DNA from: a virus
Lineage: Duplodnaviria > Caudoviricetes
Strand: one strand, 5' to 3'
IMG/VR virus record: IMGVR_UViG_3300042691_038938
Length of the DNA: 64,000 bases
Of the stretch, positions 18,841 through 28,438 are shown piece after piece (position 1 is the stretch's first letter; every line of letters starts with the position of its first letter). The notes beneath the pieces are model-generated. The model searched no databases, was not told the origin of the DNA, and saw only the letters and a list, made by a program, of their open reading frames with translations. The position numbers and the translations under genes are program-made.

Positions 18841-20715
18841 CTATTCTATCTCTTCAGACTCTTCTTTATTAAAATCATCTTCAGATAACCTAGCGTCCTG
18901 GTTTTCCATGATTGGAGTTCGGATCCCCAATTCTTTTTGTAGGTTAAAAAAGTCAGACTCAATCGAGTCTGGAACCAGTTTCTTATACTCTGCAAAATTG
19001 GAATGTTTTATCGAGTCAAACACTTCCTCAGACTTTATAAAGCTTGGAAGCTCAACTATCTTAAACTCCTTCGATATCCTCAAAGGAATGTCTCTTTTTC
19101 TTATGTAATCTAATTGGATCGCATAGTCCTTCAATCGACGCGACGTCGTTCCCCACAGGATCGGCTCATAGTCGGGACGAAGTATCTTTATGATCTCTTC
19201 TAGGTTTCCTACAGAGACCACTTTTACGTCAGCGATTAGACTTGAATACTCCTGCTGAACCTTATTGAGCAACATCGTCGTGGTGGTTAGAGTGAGCGGG
19301 GACATCTTAGTCTGTCTCTCTCCCTTAATGGCTATAAAAACGACCTTTTTTCCGTTTTTCTCCTTCATTAACTTGGCTGACTTAATGTGGCCCATCGTCA
19401 CAGGTTGAAAAGCTCCGACTAGAATGTTTACCTCAGTGGGTTCCACTCTCTCTGCTGAGTTTTTTGCGAATTCCTTCTCACTCATGGCAGAAAAGTCTTG
19501 CGGCATTCCCAGGAACTGGCTGAAGCTTGGGAAAAGGCCTTCATACACTGCGTCCCCCATAATAATGTTCTTGATCTTCTGTACTATTAGATTGAGTTGG
19601 GATACTAGTTCCGGAGTAAAGAATCCTGCACTAGATTTCTTACGCACCTTTCTAAAGAAATTAAGTAGGATCTTATAAATCTCTTTATTTGTCTCGTTCT
19701 TACTGATTGAATCTACCACTTCAGGGTCCCCAATCAAGTCAACGTCCAATTCGAACTCAGGTCTCTTTAGGTAATCGGGAATCTCTAAGCTTAATCCATC
19801 GTACTTTTCAGAATACTCCTTCAGGAAGTCTTTGAACATAGAATTGATCAGCTTAATGTACTTTTCTTCGTATGTCTCGCAGTCCTCTATCTTCTTCTTT
19901 ACGTCCTCAATATCATACATCTCAAAGTGATTCATTAGATCGATCACAATCAACCATATGTAATCTTGGGAGGATGTGGATTTCTTTTGAGTGTTCTCAC
20001 CGACTCTCTTTTGAAAGAGCGGATCTACCATCTTTGCTAGGAAGACATCATGTTCAGCGTCGTCTCCATAAAATCGAAAGACGATTGTTTCTAATTCTCT
20101 ATCGTTAAGCTCGACTAGTGAGTCTGGATCCAATACTGAAAGCACATGCTTGGTGAAGGATTTAGTCTTAAATTTTTCTTCCAGTTCTCTAGGATCAGCG
20201 TAAACGAATTCAAGTATCTTAGTCTTCTGTTCATCGTCTAGGTTTCCTTCAAAGATGATAGGCTGAACGTCTACTTCTAGGTAGCTTGCCCATCTGCTCA
20301 ATTGATCCTTCGACTGTAGTGTTTCCAAGATGTTTCCAGACTCGTCCATTCTGTGAATGTAAGAGAGAACTAGGCCATTCTTTGGAGCTCCTACTTTTCT
20401 GCTAATCATTGAGTCTCCTCGACTAAAGAACTCAAAACCGAAAAAGAAGTTAGCTGGAATTCTCTGTCTCTTGTCCATCAAGAGCTCCTCGAAGTGTCTG
20501 ATTGCAGGATTGTAGTATTTCATCAATACTCTATCAACATAGGTGATCTCACCAGACTTCTTGAAGTATTTGAATGAGTCATCCTTTGTCTTTTTGACTC
20601 CAAAGAATGCACCGTCCACCTTTTCGTTAACGATCACGTATTTGTTTAAGAGGCCTGTCAAGAAGGCTTCACCCTTCTTTTCGTATATCTCTTTAAGATT
20701 GTTTATTCCTGCCAT
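18841..20715 (-). CDS. Fusion of a ligase-type nucleotidyltransferase-like domain and an HxGH cytidylyltransferase-like domain
   Basis: NEKVDG (KxDG motif I), FGFEF, ETIVFR, AKMVD; C-terminal GAFQPVTMGHIK Rossmann NTase motif. Confidence 0.7.
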   Translation of the reverse strand: MAGINNLKEIYEKKGEAFLTGLLNKYVIVNEKVDGAFFGVKKTKDDSFKYFKKSGEITYVDRVLMKYYNPAIRHFEELLMDKRQRIPANFFFGFEFFSRGDSMISRKVGAPKNGLVLSYIHRMDESGNILETLQSKDQLSRWASYLEVDVQPIIFEGNLDDEQKTKILEFVYADPRELEEKFKTKSFTKHVLSVLDPDSLVELNDRELETIVFRFYGDDAEHDVFLAKMVDPLFQKRVGENTQKKSTSSQDYIWLIVIDLMNHFEMYDIEDVKKKIEDCETYEEKYIKLINSMFKDFLKEYSEKYDGLSLEIPDYLKRPEFELDVDLIGDPEVVDSISKNETNKEIYKILLNFFRKVRKKSSAGFFTPELVSQLNLIVQKIKNIIMGDAVYEGLFPSFSQFLGMPQDFSAMSEKEFAKNSAERVEPTEVNILVGAFQPVTMGHIKSAKLMKEKNGKKVVFIAIKGERQTKMSPLTLTTTTMLLNKVQQEYSSLIADVKVVSVGNLEEIIKILRPDYEPILWGTTSRRLKDYAIQLDYIRKRDIPLRISKEFKIVELPSFIKSEEVFDSIKHSNFAEYKKLVPDSIESDFFNLQKELGIRTPIMENQDARLSEDDFNKEESEEIE

Positions 20716-20725
20716 CAGTCAGTCT

Positions 20726-21283
20726 TTAGATCTCGGCTTTAGGTTCTTCAGTAGGAGCTTGACCTGGAGTCTTTTCCTTGGCTTCAACCTTTGGCTCTGA
20801 TTTTTTCTGTTTTGCTTTATTTATTGAGTCTCTAATACTCTTCGCGTCCATACCTATTGAAATGGTCGCAACGTTGTCTGAATCTTCTTTGTTCTCAGAG
20901 AAGTACTCAGCAATCTTTTTTAGGTTCATATTTAGATCACTACCGAATCCTCCAGCCTTTTCTATCTTGTCCTTAAGGCTTTCAGTGGCTTCAAATGAAC
21001 CTGTATATGCGATCGACCAGCAGTAAAATCTTACTTGCTCGCCGTTTCCTGAATAATATCTTTGCAGTTCTTTAATTCTTTGAATGGCACCGTTTGCGTC
21101 TCTAGAAGTAAGAGCCTTTCCCAAGTAATCAGATGGAACTCCGAATCTCACGCGGTCTGATAGCACATCCATTAGCTCCTCTATTCGTTGGATTAAGGTC
21201 TCTGCCTTGTAGCCTCTTAAAGATTTAGACGATTCTTCAGCTTCGTTCACGTACTGAAAATAGCTTCGCATATATTTTGCCAT
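20726..21283 (-). CDS. Hypothetical protein, putative internal head protein
   Basis: N-terminal MAKYMRSYFQYVNE; AATAAATA upstream. Confidence 0.7.
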   Translation of the reverse strand: MAKYMRSYFQYVNEAEESSKSLRGYKAETLIQRIEELMDVLSDRVRFGVPSDYLGKALTSRDANGAIQRIKELQRYYSGNGEQVRFYCWSIAYTGSFEATESLKDKIEKAGGFGSDLNMNLKKIAEYFSENKEDSDNVATISIGMDAKSIRDSINKAKQKKSEPKVEAKEKTPGQAPTEEPKAEI

Positions 21284-21306
21284 TTCAAAATATTTTTTAT
21301 TATTTA

Positions 21307-21912
21307 TTAAGAAGAGACAGAGTTATTTATTAGACCATTCAACCTTGCGTTAAATTCAGCAACGCTGTCCTCATTGAAATGATTTACCATTTTGTCAAAC
21401 TCATTGTTCTTTGAAGAATCAGTAATCTGTGGTTTGAATTCTGAAAATATCCTTTCAAAGAGTTCCTTTTCGCTCTCTGCATTCTCAAAGTTTCCAAAGT
21501 AGTCTTTCTCTCTTCTAGTGATCTCAATCTCTTCAGCTCTCTCAACATATAGGACTTTGCTGTTCTGATAAAGGTCACTCATTAGGATCTTCTTAAACTC
21601 TTCCAATAACCGAATCGCGCCCATTCTCTCTCGATAGATCGACCACACATAGGCTGAGAAGATGCAACGATCAAAGACTAGGATGTGATCCTTTAAGAGA
21701 GTCTGATTGAGCTCAAGTATCGTAAGCACGTTCGCAATGCTAAAGTAATGAACTCCTGGCCCAGTCTCCTGATCCTTCATCTTCAAGGCTTCAATATATT
21801 TTGCGAATTGAAACTTGTAGTAATGAACCCTAGGATCAGTGTTCTGTTCAAGAAACTTTTCGATTAGAAAAGTCTTTCCGCTATGTCTATGGCCTTCTAT
21901 TATTAGTATCAT
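21307..21912 (-). CDS. P-loop nucleoside monophosphate kinase (thymidylate-kinase-like)
   Basis: IIEGHRHSGKT Walker A; VFDRC motif of TMK-like kinases. Confidence 0.75.
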   Translation of the reverse strand: MILIIEGHRHSGKTFLIEKFLEQNTDPRVHYYKFQFAKYIEALKMKDQETGPGVHYFSIANVLTILELNQTLLKDHILVFDRCIFSAYVWSIYRERMGAIRLLEEFKKILMSDLYQNSKVLYVERAEEIEITRREKDYFGNFENAESEKELFERIFSEFKPQITDSSKNNEFDKMVNHFNEDSVAEFNARLNGLINNSVSS

Positions 21913-22502
21913 CTCTTTAATTCTATTCTTCTTGATTCTCCTGCAGTAAAACTGTGGAGCGATATCACCTTTGATTTATCCACTAGCTGCATGTTTAAAG
22001 TCATTAAACTACTCAATGAGGTTGCGGATCTTTGGATAGTCAAAACGTATTCATGGAAAAATTGCTGGTATTTCTTTAGCTGTTCTAATGAATCCTCATA
22101 TACTCTTATCTCTTTGATGGTTGGAGTTTTTTCTAACTCAGACTTAAGAATAAGGATCTTCTCGGTCTTTCTGCCCAAGAAGTAGCAGCGATCGAAGGAG
22201 ATACCGTATTTTTCTAATAGGTGATCGACACAATGCTTAAGCTCCTCTATCCTATGTGTGATTAGTATAGTTATTGCGGTCGGGTCCTTTGAAGCTCTTA
22301 GCCAATCATCGTATACTGGTTCAATTAACTGAATGTTATGGATTTCAGGATCCATTGAGCTAGGGTGATCGTAAAACGAATAAGGATCGGGAAAATCAAG
22401 TTCCGGATTGAGCCTTTCTACTGAGAATCGATCAGTGTAGCCTGGCATTCTAAACAGTGTTTCATCAAAATCAAACACAAAAATCTTAGTAATATCTTTC
22501 AT
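21909..22502 (-). CDS. HAD phosphatase, Swiss-Army-Knife RNA-repair-like family
   Basis: FVFDFDETLFRMP, LITHR, YEDS; probable start MKDITK at 22502. Confidence 0.75.
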   Translation of the reverse strand: MKDITKIFVFDFDETLFRMPGYTDRFSVERLNPELDFPDPYSFYDHPSSMDPEIHNIQLIEPVYDDWLRASKDPTAITILITHRIEELKHCVDHLLEKYGISFDRCYFLGRKTEKILILKSELEKTPTIKEIRVYEDSLEQLKKYQQFFHEYVLTIQRSATSLSSLMTLNMQLVDKSKVISLHSFTAGESRRIELKR

Positions 22503-22545
22503 GATATATTTTATTGATAAATAATAAAAAGTTTTGATCTCTAAG

Positions 22546-23037
22546 ATGGGAAAATACATCAAGCTATTTGAGGACTATGAAAACGAACTAAAGAATTCGG
22601 ACGAAGAGACCTCTCACAACTGGACCGACATTCGTGATGCCGTCCAGATGAGACTGCCCTTCGTGATAATAGTCTTCAAGAACTCTGATTCATACCTATC
22701 TGCGTTGGACTCTGAACTGATCGGTGGAGACTACATCAAGCAAAAAGCCCTAATGAGTAAGGACGGAACGCTTGTTAAGTACCCTTCGATCTTCATGGTT
22801 GTCCAGGACGACGAGACCTTTAAGAATAAGATACCAAAGATATTCGATGCATTTAAGACTAAGGTGATCTTTTTGGGTAAAAAGGGAGACGACCAGATTG
22901 ACTGTTATTACTCAGATGGATCTAACGTACAAGCAGGTAATGAGATAGTGTCCTCCTTAGGAAAGGATGAGATGGACAACAACGACCACTTTGAGATAGG
23001 ATCAACTAATTACATGTTTGTTGACTTCGTCGGATAA
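22546..23037 (+). CDS. Hypothetical protein, putative internal head protein
   Basis: Probable start MGKYIKLFEDYENE; GATAAATA at 22516-22523. Confidence 0.7.
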   Translation: MGKYIKLFEDYENELKNSDEETSHNWTDIRDAVQMRLPFVIIVFKNSDSYLSALDSELIGGDYIKQKALMSKDGTLVKYPSIFMVVQDDETFKNKIPKIFDAFKTKVIFLGKKGDDQIDCYYSDGSNVQAGNEIVSSLGKDEMDNNDHFEIGSTNYMFVDFVG

Positions 23038-23083
23038 ACCTAGCTCTCATTTTGAGTATAACATAAGATAAAGTCAAGACTCG

Positions 23084-23518
23084 ATGAACGAAGAAACCAA
23101 GCAAAAGATCTCCGCTAAATTTCAGGAACGACGTGCTGATATCTCAAAAGAGATCTATGCTAACATAGAAAAGCTCTCCAACCTAAAGACTCTAAAGGAG
23201 GCTCAGGTCAACATGCTCTCCCTACGTCAGCGACTGCTTGAGGACAATCACACTTTGCTGGAACACATCACGATATTGCGTAAGAAATATCGAGAAGAAC
23301 GAGCGGTCGAGCTTGAGAACGTTTCTAGAAACCTGCAGCTCAGGTATCAGGCAAACGAGAAGACTGTCGTGATTGACGGTCGTACTTCTGCGACTAAAGA
23401 ATCTCTTGAAATGTTTGAGACCCAAGTCTCCTTCTTCAATGAGTCGATCAAGACCATCGATAACATCATCTTCGGGATCAAGACGAGACTTGATATAGAA
23501 AAGACCTTAGGTCTATAA
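23084..23518 (+). CDS. uvsY: UvsY-like recombination mediator
   Basis: 144-aa helical protein directly upstream of uvsW; C-terminal IKTIDNIIFGIKTRLDIEK matches the UvsY pattern. Confidence 0.7.
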   Translation: MNEETKQKISAKFQERRADISKEIYANIEKLSNLKTLKEAQVNMLSLRQRLLEDNHTLLEHITILRKKYREERAVELENVSRNLQLRYQANEKTVVIDGRTSATKESLEMFETQVSFFNESIKTIDNIIFGIKTRLDIEKTLGL

Positions 23519-23528
23519 AATCTTCATT

Positions 23529-25103
23529 GTGTTAAAGTTTAAGCTCACACCCGACCGTAAATTCATTAAGCTTGTAGATTTTAATCTCAATATGGAAAGG
23601 ACTGCGCTCTTTAATTTCTTTAAGAAGAAATCGAAGAAGGCTGCATTCAATGTGCTTGTTGATCGTGGCATCTGGGACGGAATGGATCCATTCATCACTA
23701 AGAACGGAGAGATCGCAGTTGGTTTATGGAAGGAAATCTATAATTTTTCTGAAAGGAGCGGTTTTGAGTGTGAGATCGAGGGAGCAGAAGGTTTTGTGAA
23801 TAAGAACCTAGATAGGGACAAGTATTTAGGATATGTCAAGAACTTATTAGACGGAATAGTCGACGAACGCGGCAACCCAATCATTCCTCGAGACTATCAG
23901 GTAGAAGGAGCATTTAGAGCAATAAAGTATAAGTTCTGTACTCAAGAGTTGGCGACTTCTGCTGGAAAGACTCTGATCTTCTATATCTATAACTCATTCC
24001 TAAGAGACGGCGGCAAGATCAGTAAGGAGAAAAAGTCACTCATTATTGTGCCGAACATCTCACTAGTCGGTCAGACTGCCGAAAAGTTCATCATGTACGC
24101 CAAGCCTGGAAAGGAGTGGAATGTCTGTTCGATTGGAGGTAAGGATAAGTTCACTCAGGAAAGATTCGATCAAGCAGAGATAGTGATATCCACATATCAG
24201 AGCTTAGTGAACCTGGATCCTAACCTGTTCAAATCATTCTCAGTCGTGCAAGTGGATGAAGTTCACAAGTCAAAGGGTAATTCCATTCGGGACATACTGC
24301 TCTCTTGTACTAATTGGGAATATCGGTTGGGTCTTTCAGGAACGGTGAAATTAGACGAGCAATTCTCAGACTTTTTCAGAGTTCAAGAGAACGTTGGACC
24401 ACTAGTGATGGTGCTCTCAGCAAAACATCTCATCGATAATGGTTATTCACCTAACATCAAGATCAAGATGGTGGAGGTGATGTATGATACGACAGACCCT
24501 CAGATCCAGAAATACTGGCACCTAAAGTCTACCGGCAAGGACATGTACAAGAATCCCAAGGATTTCGGTAGGGACATGTTGGCAATCGAAAAGGGAATCA
24601 TCTTTGAGAGCAAGGAAAGATTAGATTTCATTAGCGATCTAGTAAGAAAGTTTGAAAAGAACTCTCTCATACTCTTTTCAGACGTAAAGAACGGCTATGG
24701 CAAACTGATCCAGTCAAAGTTACTTGAGTGGAATCCGGATACTTTTTACATCGACGGTGAGGTAGACTCACTTGATCGAGACAAGTTTAAGGATATATTG
24801 GAATCTAAGGACGGAGTGGTGATAGTAGCGTCGTATGGAACCTTTGCTACTGGAATCGATTCCAAGAACCTGCACCACATCATACTCGCAGAGTCAACTA
24901 AGGCCGAGGTTACTCTTCGACAAGCGATAGGCCGAGGTATGCGAAAGCTCGCGGAAAAGACTAATGTGATGGTTTGGGATCTAGTCGATCAGCTAGATGG
25001 ATATTCAGTAAAGCATTCAAAGGTAAGAAAGGAGATCTATCAAGAACAGAAGTTTGAGATATCTAAGAGTCAAGTAGACTTAACAAAAAAGCGATCTGAG
25101 TAG
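23529..25103 (+). CDS. uvsW: UvsW-like SF2 DNA helicase
   Basis: PRDYQ, LATSAGKT, VDEVH, GLSGT, SYGTFATGID, LRQAIGRGMR, WDLVD; GTG start. Confidence 0.93.
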   Translation: MLKFKLTPDRKFIKLVDFNLNMERTALFNFFKKKSKKAAFNVLVDRGIWDGMDPFITKNGEIAVGLWKEIYNFSERSGFECEIEGAEGFVNKNLDRDKYLGYVKNLLDGIVDERGNPIIPRDYQVEGAFRAIKYKFCTQELATSAGKTLIFYIYNSFLRDGGKISKEKKSLIIVPNISLVGQTAEKFIMYAKPGKEWNVCSIGGKDKFTQERFDQAEIVISTYQSLVNLDPNLFKSFSVVQVDEVHKSKGNSIRDILLSCTNWEYRLGLSGTVKLDEQFSDFFRVQENVGPLVMVLSAKHLIDNGYSPNIKIKMVEVMYDTTDPQIQKYWHLKSTGKDMYKNPKDFGRDMLAIEKGIIFESKERLDFISDLVRKFEKNSLILFSDVKNGYGKLIQSKLLEWNPDTFYIDGEVDSLDRDKFKDILESKDGVVIVASYGTFATGIDSKNLHHIILAESTKAEVTLRQAIGRGMRKLAEKTNVMVWDLVDQLDGYSVKHSKVRKEIYQEQKFEISKSQVDLTKKRSE

Positions 25104-25133
25104 ATCGCTTTTCACATCTATTGAAAACTAAGA

Positions 25134-25475
25134 TCAGTAGTTACTCATGTCCCAATTAGGTTCATCTTCGCCAGTCTCAGGATTTCTTAAAAGGTCTAGC
25201 GCGTGTTCTAAACCTGCCTTTATATCCTCAATTGAATTATAAGAAGACATTCCACTAACAAACATTTTAGCTAGCTTACGATCTCCGCTTAATTCTGTAA
25301 ACAACATCTCTAATTGAGTTTGCTCTTCTGGAGTAAGCTCATCATATTGAGCCTTTTGTCCCCTTCCTCCAACTAGTTCAGATCTAAGTCGAGTTGATTT
25401 ACTCTCTGGCTCTGAGCCATAATAGTATCCTTCATTTATGAATCGACCGAAAGGTTTTACATGATTTCTTTTCAT
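25134..25475 (-). CDS. Hypothetical protein, putative internal head protein
   Basis: N-terminal MKRNHVKPFGRFINE. Confidence 0.65.
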   Translation of the reverse strand: MKRNHVKPFGRFINEGYYYGSEPESKSTRLRSELVGGRGQKAQYDELTPEEQTQLEMLFTELSGDRKLAKMFVSGMSSYNSIEDIKAGLEHALDLLRNPETGEDEPNWDMSNY

Positions 25476-25492
25476 GAGTATTATTATTTTTT

Positions 25493-26257
25493 TTATTTAT
25501 TTAGCTTCTCAGCATTTTCAATCTTTTCAAAAACTTTTTCTATCTTCTTGATTATAGGGTGCCGAACGATATCATCAGTCGATAGCCGAGCCATACCAAT
25601 CTCCTCAATCTCCACGAAATATTCCATCAAGATCTCAAGCGCGCTCTTTTGATTCTTATTAACTGACTTTTGCTTGATGTCTCCTAAGAAGACCATCTTT
25701 GAATTCATTCCGATCCTGGTGATTAGAGTATGCAGGTGATCCTTTGCGATCTGCTGAGCCTCATCTATCAAGATGATTGAATCGTCTAACGTGACTCCTA
25801 GAGCAAACTTTATCGGCAGGATCTCGATCTTTCCGGCCGCCTTAAGAAACTCGGTCGCAGGCTTGCCAATCACTTTATGAAAGTTAGAGATGAATGGATA
25901 CATGTACATCTCCATCTTCTCCTCAAGAGTTCCCTTTAAGTAACCTATCTCCTCGTCCTTAGGAACGTTGACTGACTTTATTAGGATGATCTTTTTATAG
26001 GTTCCTGGATCGTCCTTTAAGTACTTGAGAGCTCTAGCGCAAGAGAGGTATGTCTTACCCGTCCCTGGAGGACCTGTCACTATCGATATATCGTGATTCT
26101 CAATGGCGTTTATTGCATCCTTTTGTGCCTTTGATCTACATTTTATGTCTATCCTTTCGTTAAAATTCTTTGAAGTCTCAATCGCTTCTCTCTCCTTGGA
26201 CCACAGGTCAAAGTCTTCTTGTTCTTCCTTGTTTAGTTGATTCTTTTTTCTTGCCAT
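25493..26257 (-). CDS. phoH: PhoH-family ATPase
   Basis: GPPGTGKTYL, RGVT-like LGVTLDD, IDEAQQ, MVFLGDIKQ, DIVRHPII. Confidence 0.93.
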   Translation of the reverse strand: MARKKNQLNKEEQEDFDLWSKEREAIETSKNFNERIDIKCRSKAQKDAINAIENHDISIVTGPPGTGKTYLSCARALKYLKDDPGTYKKIILIKSVNVPKDEEIGYLKGTLEEKMEMYMYPFISNFHKVIGKPATEFLKAAGKIEILPIKFALGVTLDDSIILIDEAQQIAKDHLHTLITRIGMNSKMVFLGDIKQKSVNKNQKSALEILMEYFVEIEEIGMARLSTDDIVRHPIIKKIEKVFEKIENAEKLNK

Positions 26258-26260
26258 GCA

Positions 26261-26887
26261 TCAGTATATTTTAGCAGCGATCACGACACCAAGTATTATC
26301 CTAGAGTAGTGTAACTGAAAGTTAAGAAAGCCAGTAACGGCTTTGAATTGTCTTTCTGAGTATTCAGTAGACTTTATTGAGGCCTCACTCAGTTTCTGTA
26401 AGCCTAATTTTATTTTGGATGTTAAGACAGTATCGTATATTCCCAAGAACTCGTTAAGTATCTCGCCGAAGTCTAGGCTCAACATGTGGTCGCAACCAAG
26501 TTCCTTAGTGAATTTTTTACCTAGTTTTATTGCTTTGCTCTTTTGGATCAGGTCATCTTCTTCTAGCGCCTTGTCGATGGTAAGTCGAATCGCATCCATC
26601 TTCTTGATCCTTTCAGACTCTTCCGCTATCCAATCAAGGTCATCCCTTGAGACAGATATCGCAACCTTTGAGTCATTATCATAATAATAAAAGCTTACGG
26701 TTTCAGTCATTCCGCTCTCTCCTATCATGTCAATTAGAAGCGGAGATATTCCCAACTGTAAGTAATCTTTCCCTTTCTCCTCTAACTTAATGTCGTATTC
26801 TTCGAACGGAAATACCGACATAAAGGGAAGGGCTGAGAACAGGTCTTTCGTCTTGTCTAGACTGCTTTCGTTTTCGAGCTCTTCCAT
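26261..26887 (-). CDS. Hypothetical protein
   Basis: 208-aa ORF behind GATAAATA, coupled to phoH. Confidence 0.7.
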   Translation of the reverse strand: MEELENESSLDKTKDLFSALPFMSVFPFEEYDIKLEEKGKDYLQLGISPLLIDMIGESGMTETVSFYYYDNDSKVAISVSRDDLDWIAEESERIKKMDAIRLTIDKALEEDDLIQKSKAIKLGKKFTKELGCDHMLSLDFGEILNEFLGIYDTVLTSKIKLGLQKLSEASIKSTEYSERQFKAVTGFLNFQLHYSRIILGVVIAAKIY

Positions 26888-27004
26888 AACTGAGTCTTTT
26901 TATTATTTATCTGACTTTTACAGGTCTTAAGTTTAAGGTCCCTCGAAGATTTAGTATTTTATTTAAGATCAAAACTTAAGCGTCTAAAAAAGTATAACTT
27001 TTAT

Positions 27005-28438
27005 ATGGAGGACAAATCAAAGAAAATAAAAAAGCTGGATCTAAAGCAGAATGCGATCAAGATCCTAATTAACTCGATATACGGAGCATTCGGTAACAAG
27101 TGGTTCTATTTTTACAATCCGGATATCGCTCAATCGATCACCCTTCAGGGTCAAGACCTAATAAAGTTCTCCATCAAGGCTGTGAATCACTATTTTCAAG
27201 AGAGATGGCACCTCGATAAGGAGCTGCACAGTCTACTTGGACTTGATGGATATACTATAAACAAGATAGATGATGTCGCAGCGATCTATACTGACACTGA
27301 CTCGATCTATGTACAGTTTGACTCTGCGATAGATTCGATAATCGGTGCAAACTTCACAAAGGAAGAGATCCTTAACATCTGTATCAATATCGACAAACAT
27401 CGACTCTCTAGTTATTTCGACCAGTGTTTCGAAAGATACGGAAAGATATTCAATACGAAGAACCGACTTAAATTCAAATTGGAAAACCTTTCTGAACACG
27501 GAATCTGGTTAAAGAAGAAGAACTATGCTATTCGAGTGGCATATGAACCCAATCCTAGCTATGAGACTATTCCTCAAGAGAAGAGATACCTTGTGATCAA
27601 GGGTCTCGAATCCATCAAGGGATCGTATCCAATCTGGGCCAGAAAAAAGCTTGAATCGCTTTACTCATTTATTCTAAATCGAGGTAAACGTCTCGACATT
27701 GAGAAGGACATCATTCCGACTCTTCTTGAGATCAAGAAAGAGTTCATGAGCCTGCATCCAGACGAGCTTGCATTCAACTATAAGATTAGGGTCTATAATA
27801 AATACGTAGCGAGTGAGGCTAAGCTCGACTTAAAGAAGGGCATATCAATATTCCCAAGAGCAGCTGCCATCTACAATCACACTCTAATCAAGACCAGTCT
27901 GACTGATCGCTATCCAAAGTTGAGAGAAGGTGACAAGATCAAGTTTTATTACTGTAATCCTGAAGAGAATGACGGTGGATTTGACGTGTTCGCCTATTCT
28001 CCAGGTTCTTATCCTGATGAAATCGTTCCCAAGATGGACATGAATCTGCAGTTCTTCTCACTAATCGTCGAACCCATCAATAGGTTTCTTTTTGCGATGA
28101 ACCTAGGTCAACTCGATCAAAACTTAAAAAGAGCAATTGAAGTGGTCACGATCAAGAGCAAGAAAGTTCTATCTCAAAACCTAACTCATCCTCTCTTTGT
28201 AGTAGATCAAGCTAGTCTACAATACGAGCCTGTGCCCGAGAAGTTTTGGACAACTATTGGTAATCCAGAGAAGGAGGTCGAGACGCAAGACTTTCAAGAA
28301 TATCTTAGCGTCATTACTCGATATGGTCTAAACTCAGTAATAGTCCCAGAGCCAGAGCTTGAAAAGTACATCAAGCGTCTCTCTAAAAAGAAGGAAAAGG
28401 TAGAGTCTGAACTTGAGGTAGAGGAAGAAAATGTTTGA
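27005..28438 (+). CDS. gp43: Family B DNA polymerase, C-terminal subunit (gp43B-like; split polymerase)
   Basis: KILINSIYGAFG (motif B), YTDTDS (motif C), KKKNYA, VIKGLE; no exonuclease domain or motif A. Confidence 0.9.
   Translation: MEDKSKKIKKLDLKQNAIKILINSIYGAFGNKWFYFYNPDIAQSITLQGQDLIKFSIKAVNHYFQERWHLDKELHSLLGLDGYTINKIDDVAAIYTDTDSIYVQFDSAIDSIIGANFTKEEILNICINIDKHRLSSYFDQCFERYGKIFNTKNRLKFKLENLSEHGIWLKKKNYAIRVAYEPNPSYETIPQEKRYLVIKGLESIKGSYPIWARKKLESLYSFILNRGKRLDIEKDIIPTLLEIKKEFMSLHPDELAFNYKIRVYNKYVASEAKLDLKKGISIFPRAAAIYNHTLIKTSLTDRYPKLREGDKIKFYYCNPEENDGGFDVFAYSPGSYPDEIVPKMDMNLQFFSLIVEPINRFLFAMNLGQLDQNLKRAIEVVTIKSKKVLSQNLTHPLFVVDQASLQYEPVPEKFWTTIGNPEKEVETQDFQEYLSVITRYGLNSVIVPEPELEKYIKRLSKKKEKVESELEVEEENV

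Noticed and set aside
26888-27004. Frameshift or intron hiding the N-terminal half of the polymerase
   Set aside because: The spacer is only about 117 nt, holds promoter motifs for both directions, and is preceded by a gene on the opposite strand.
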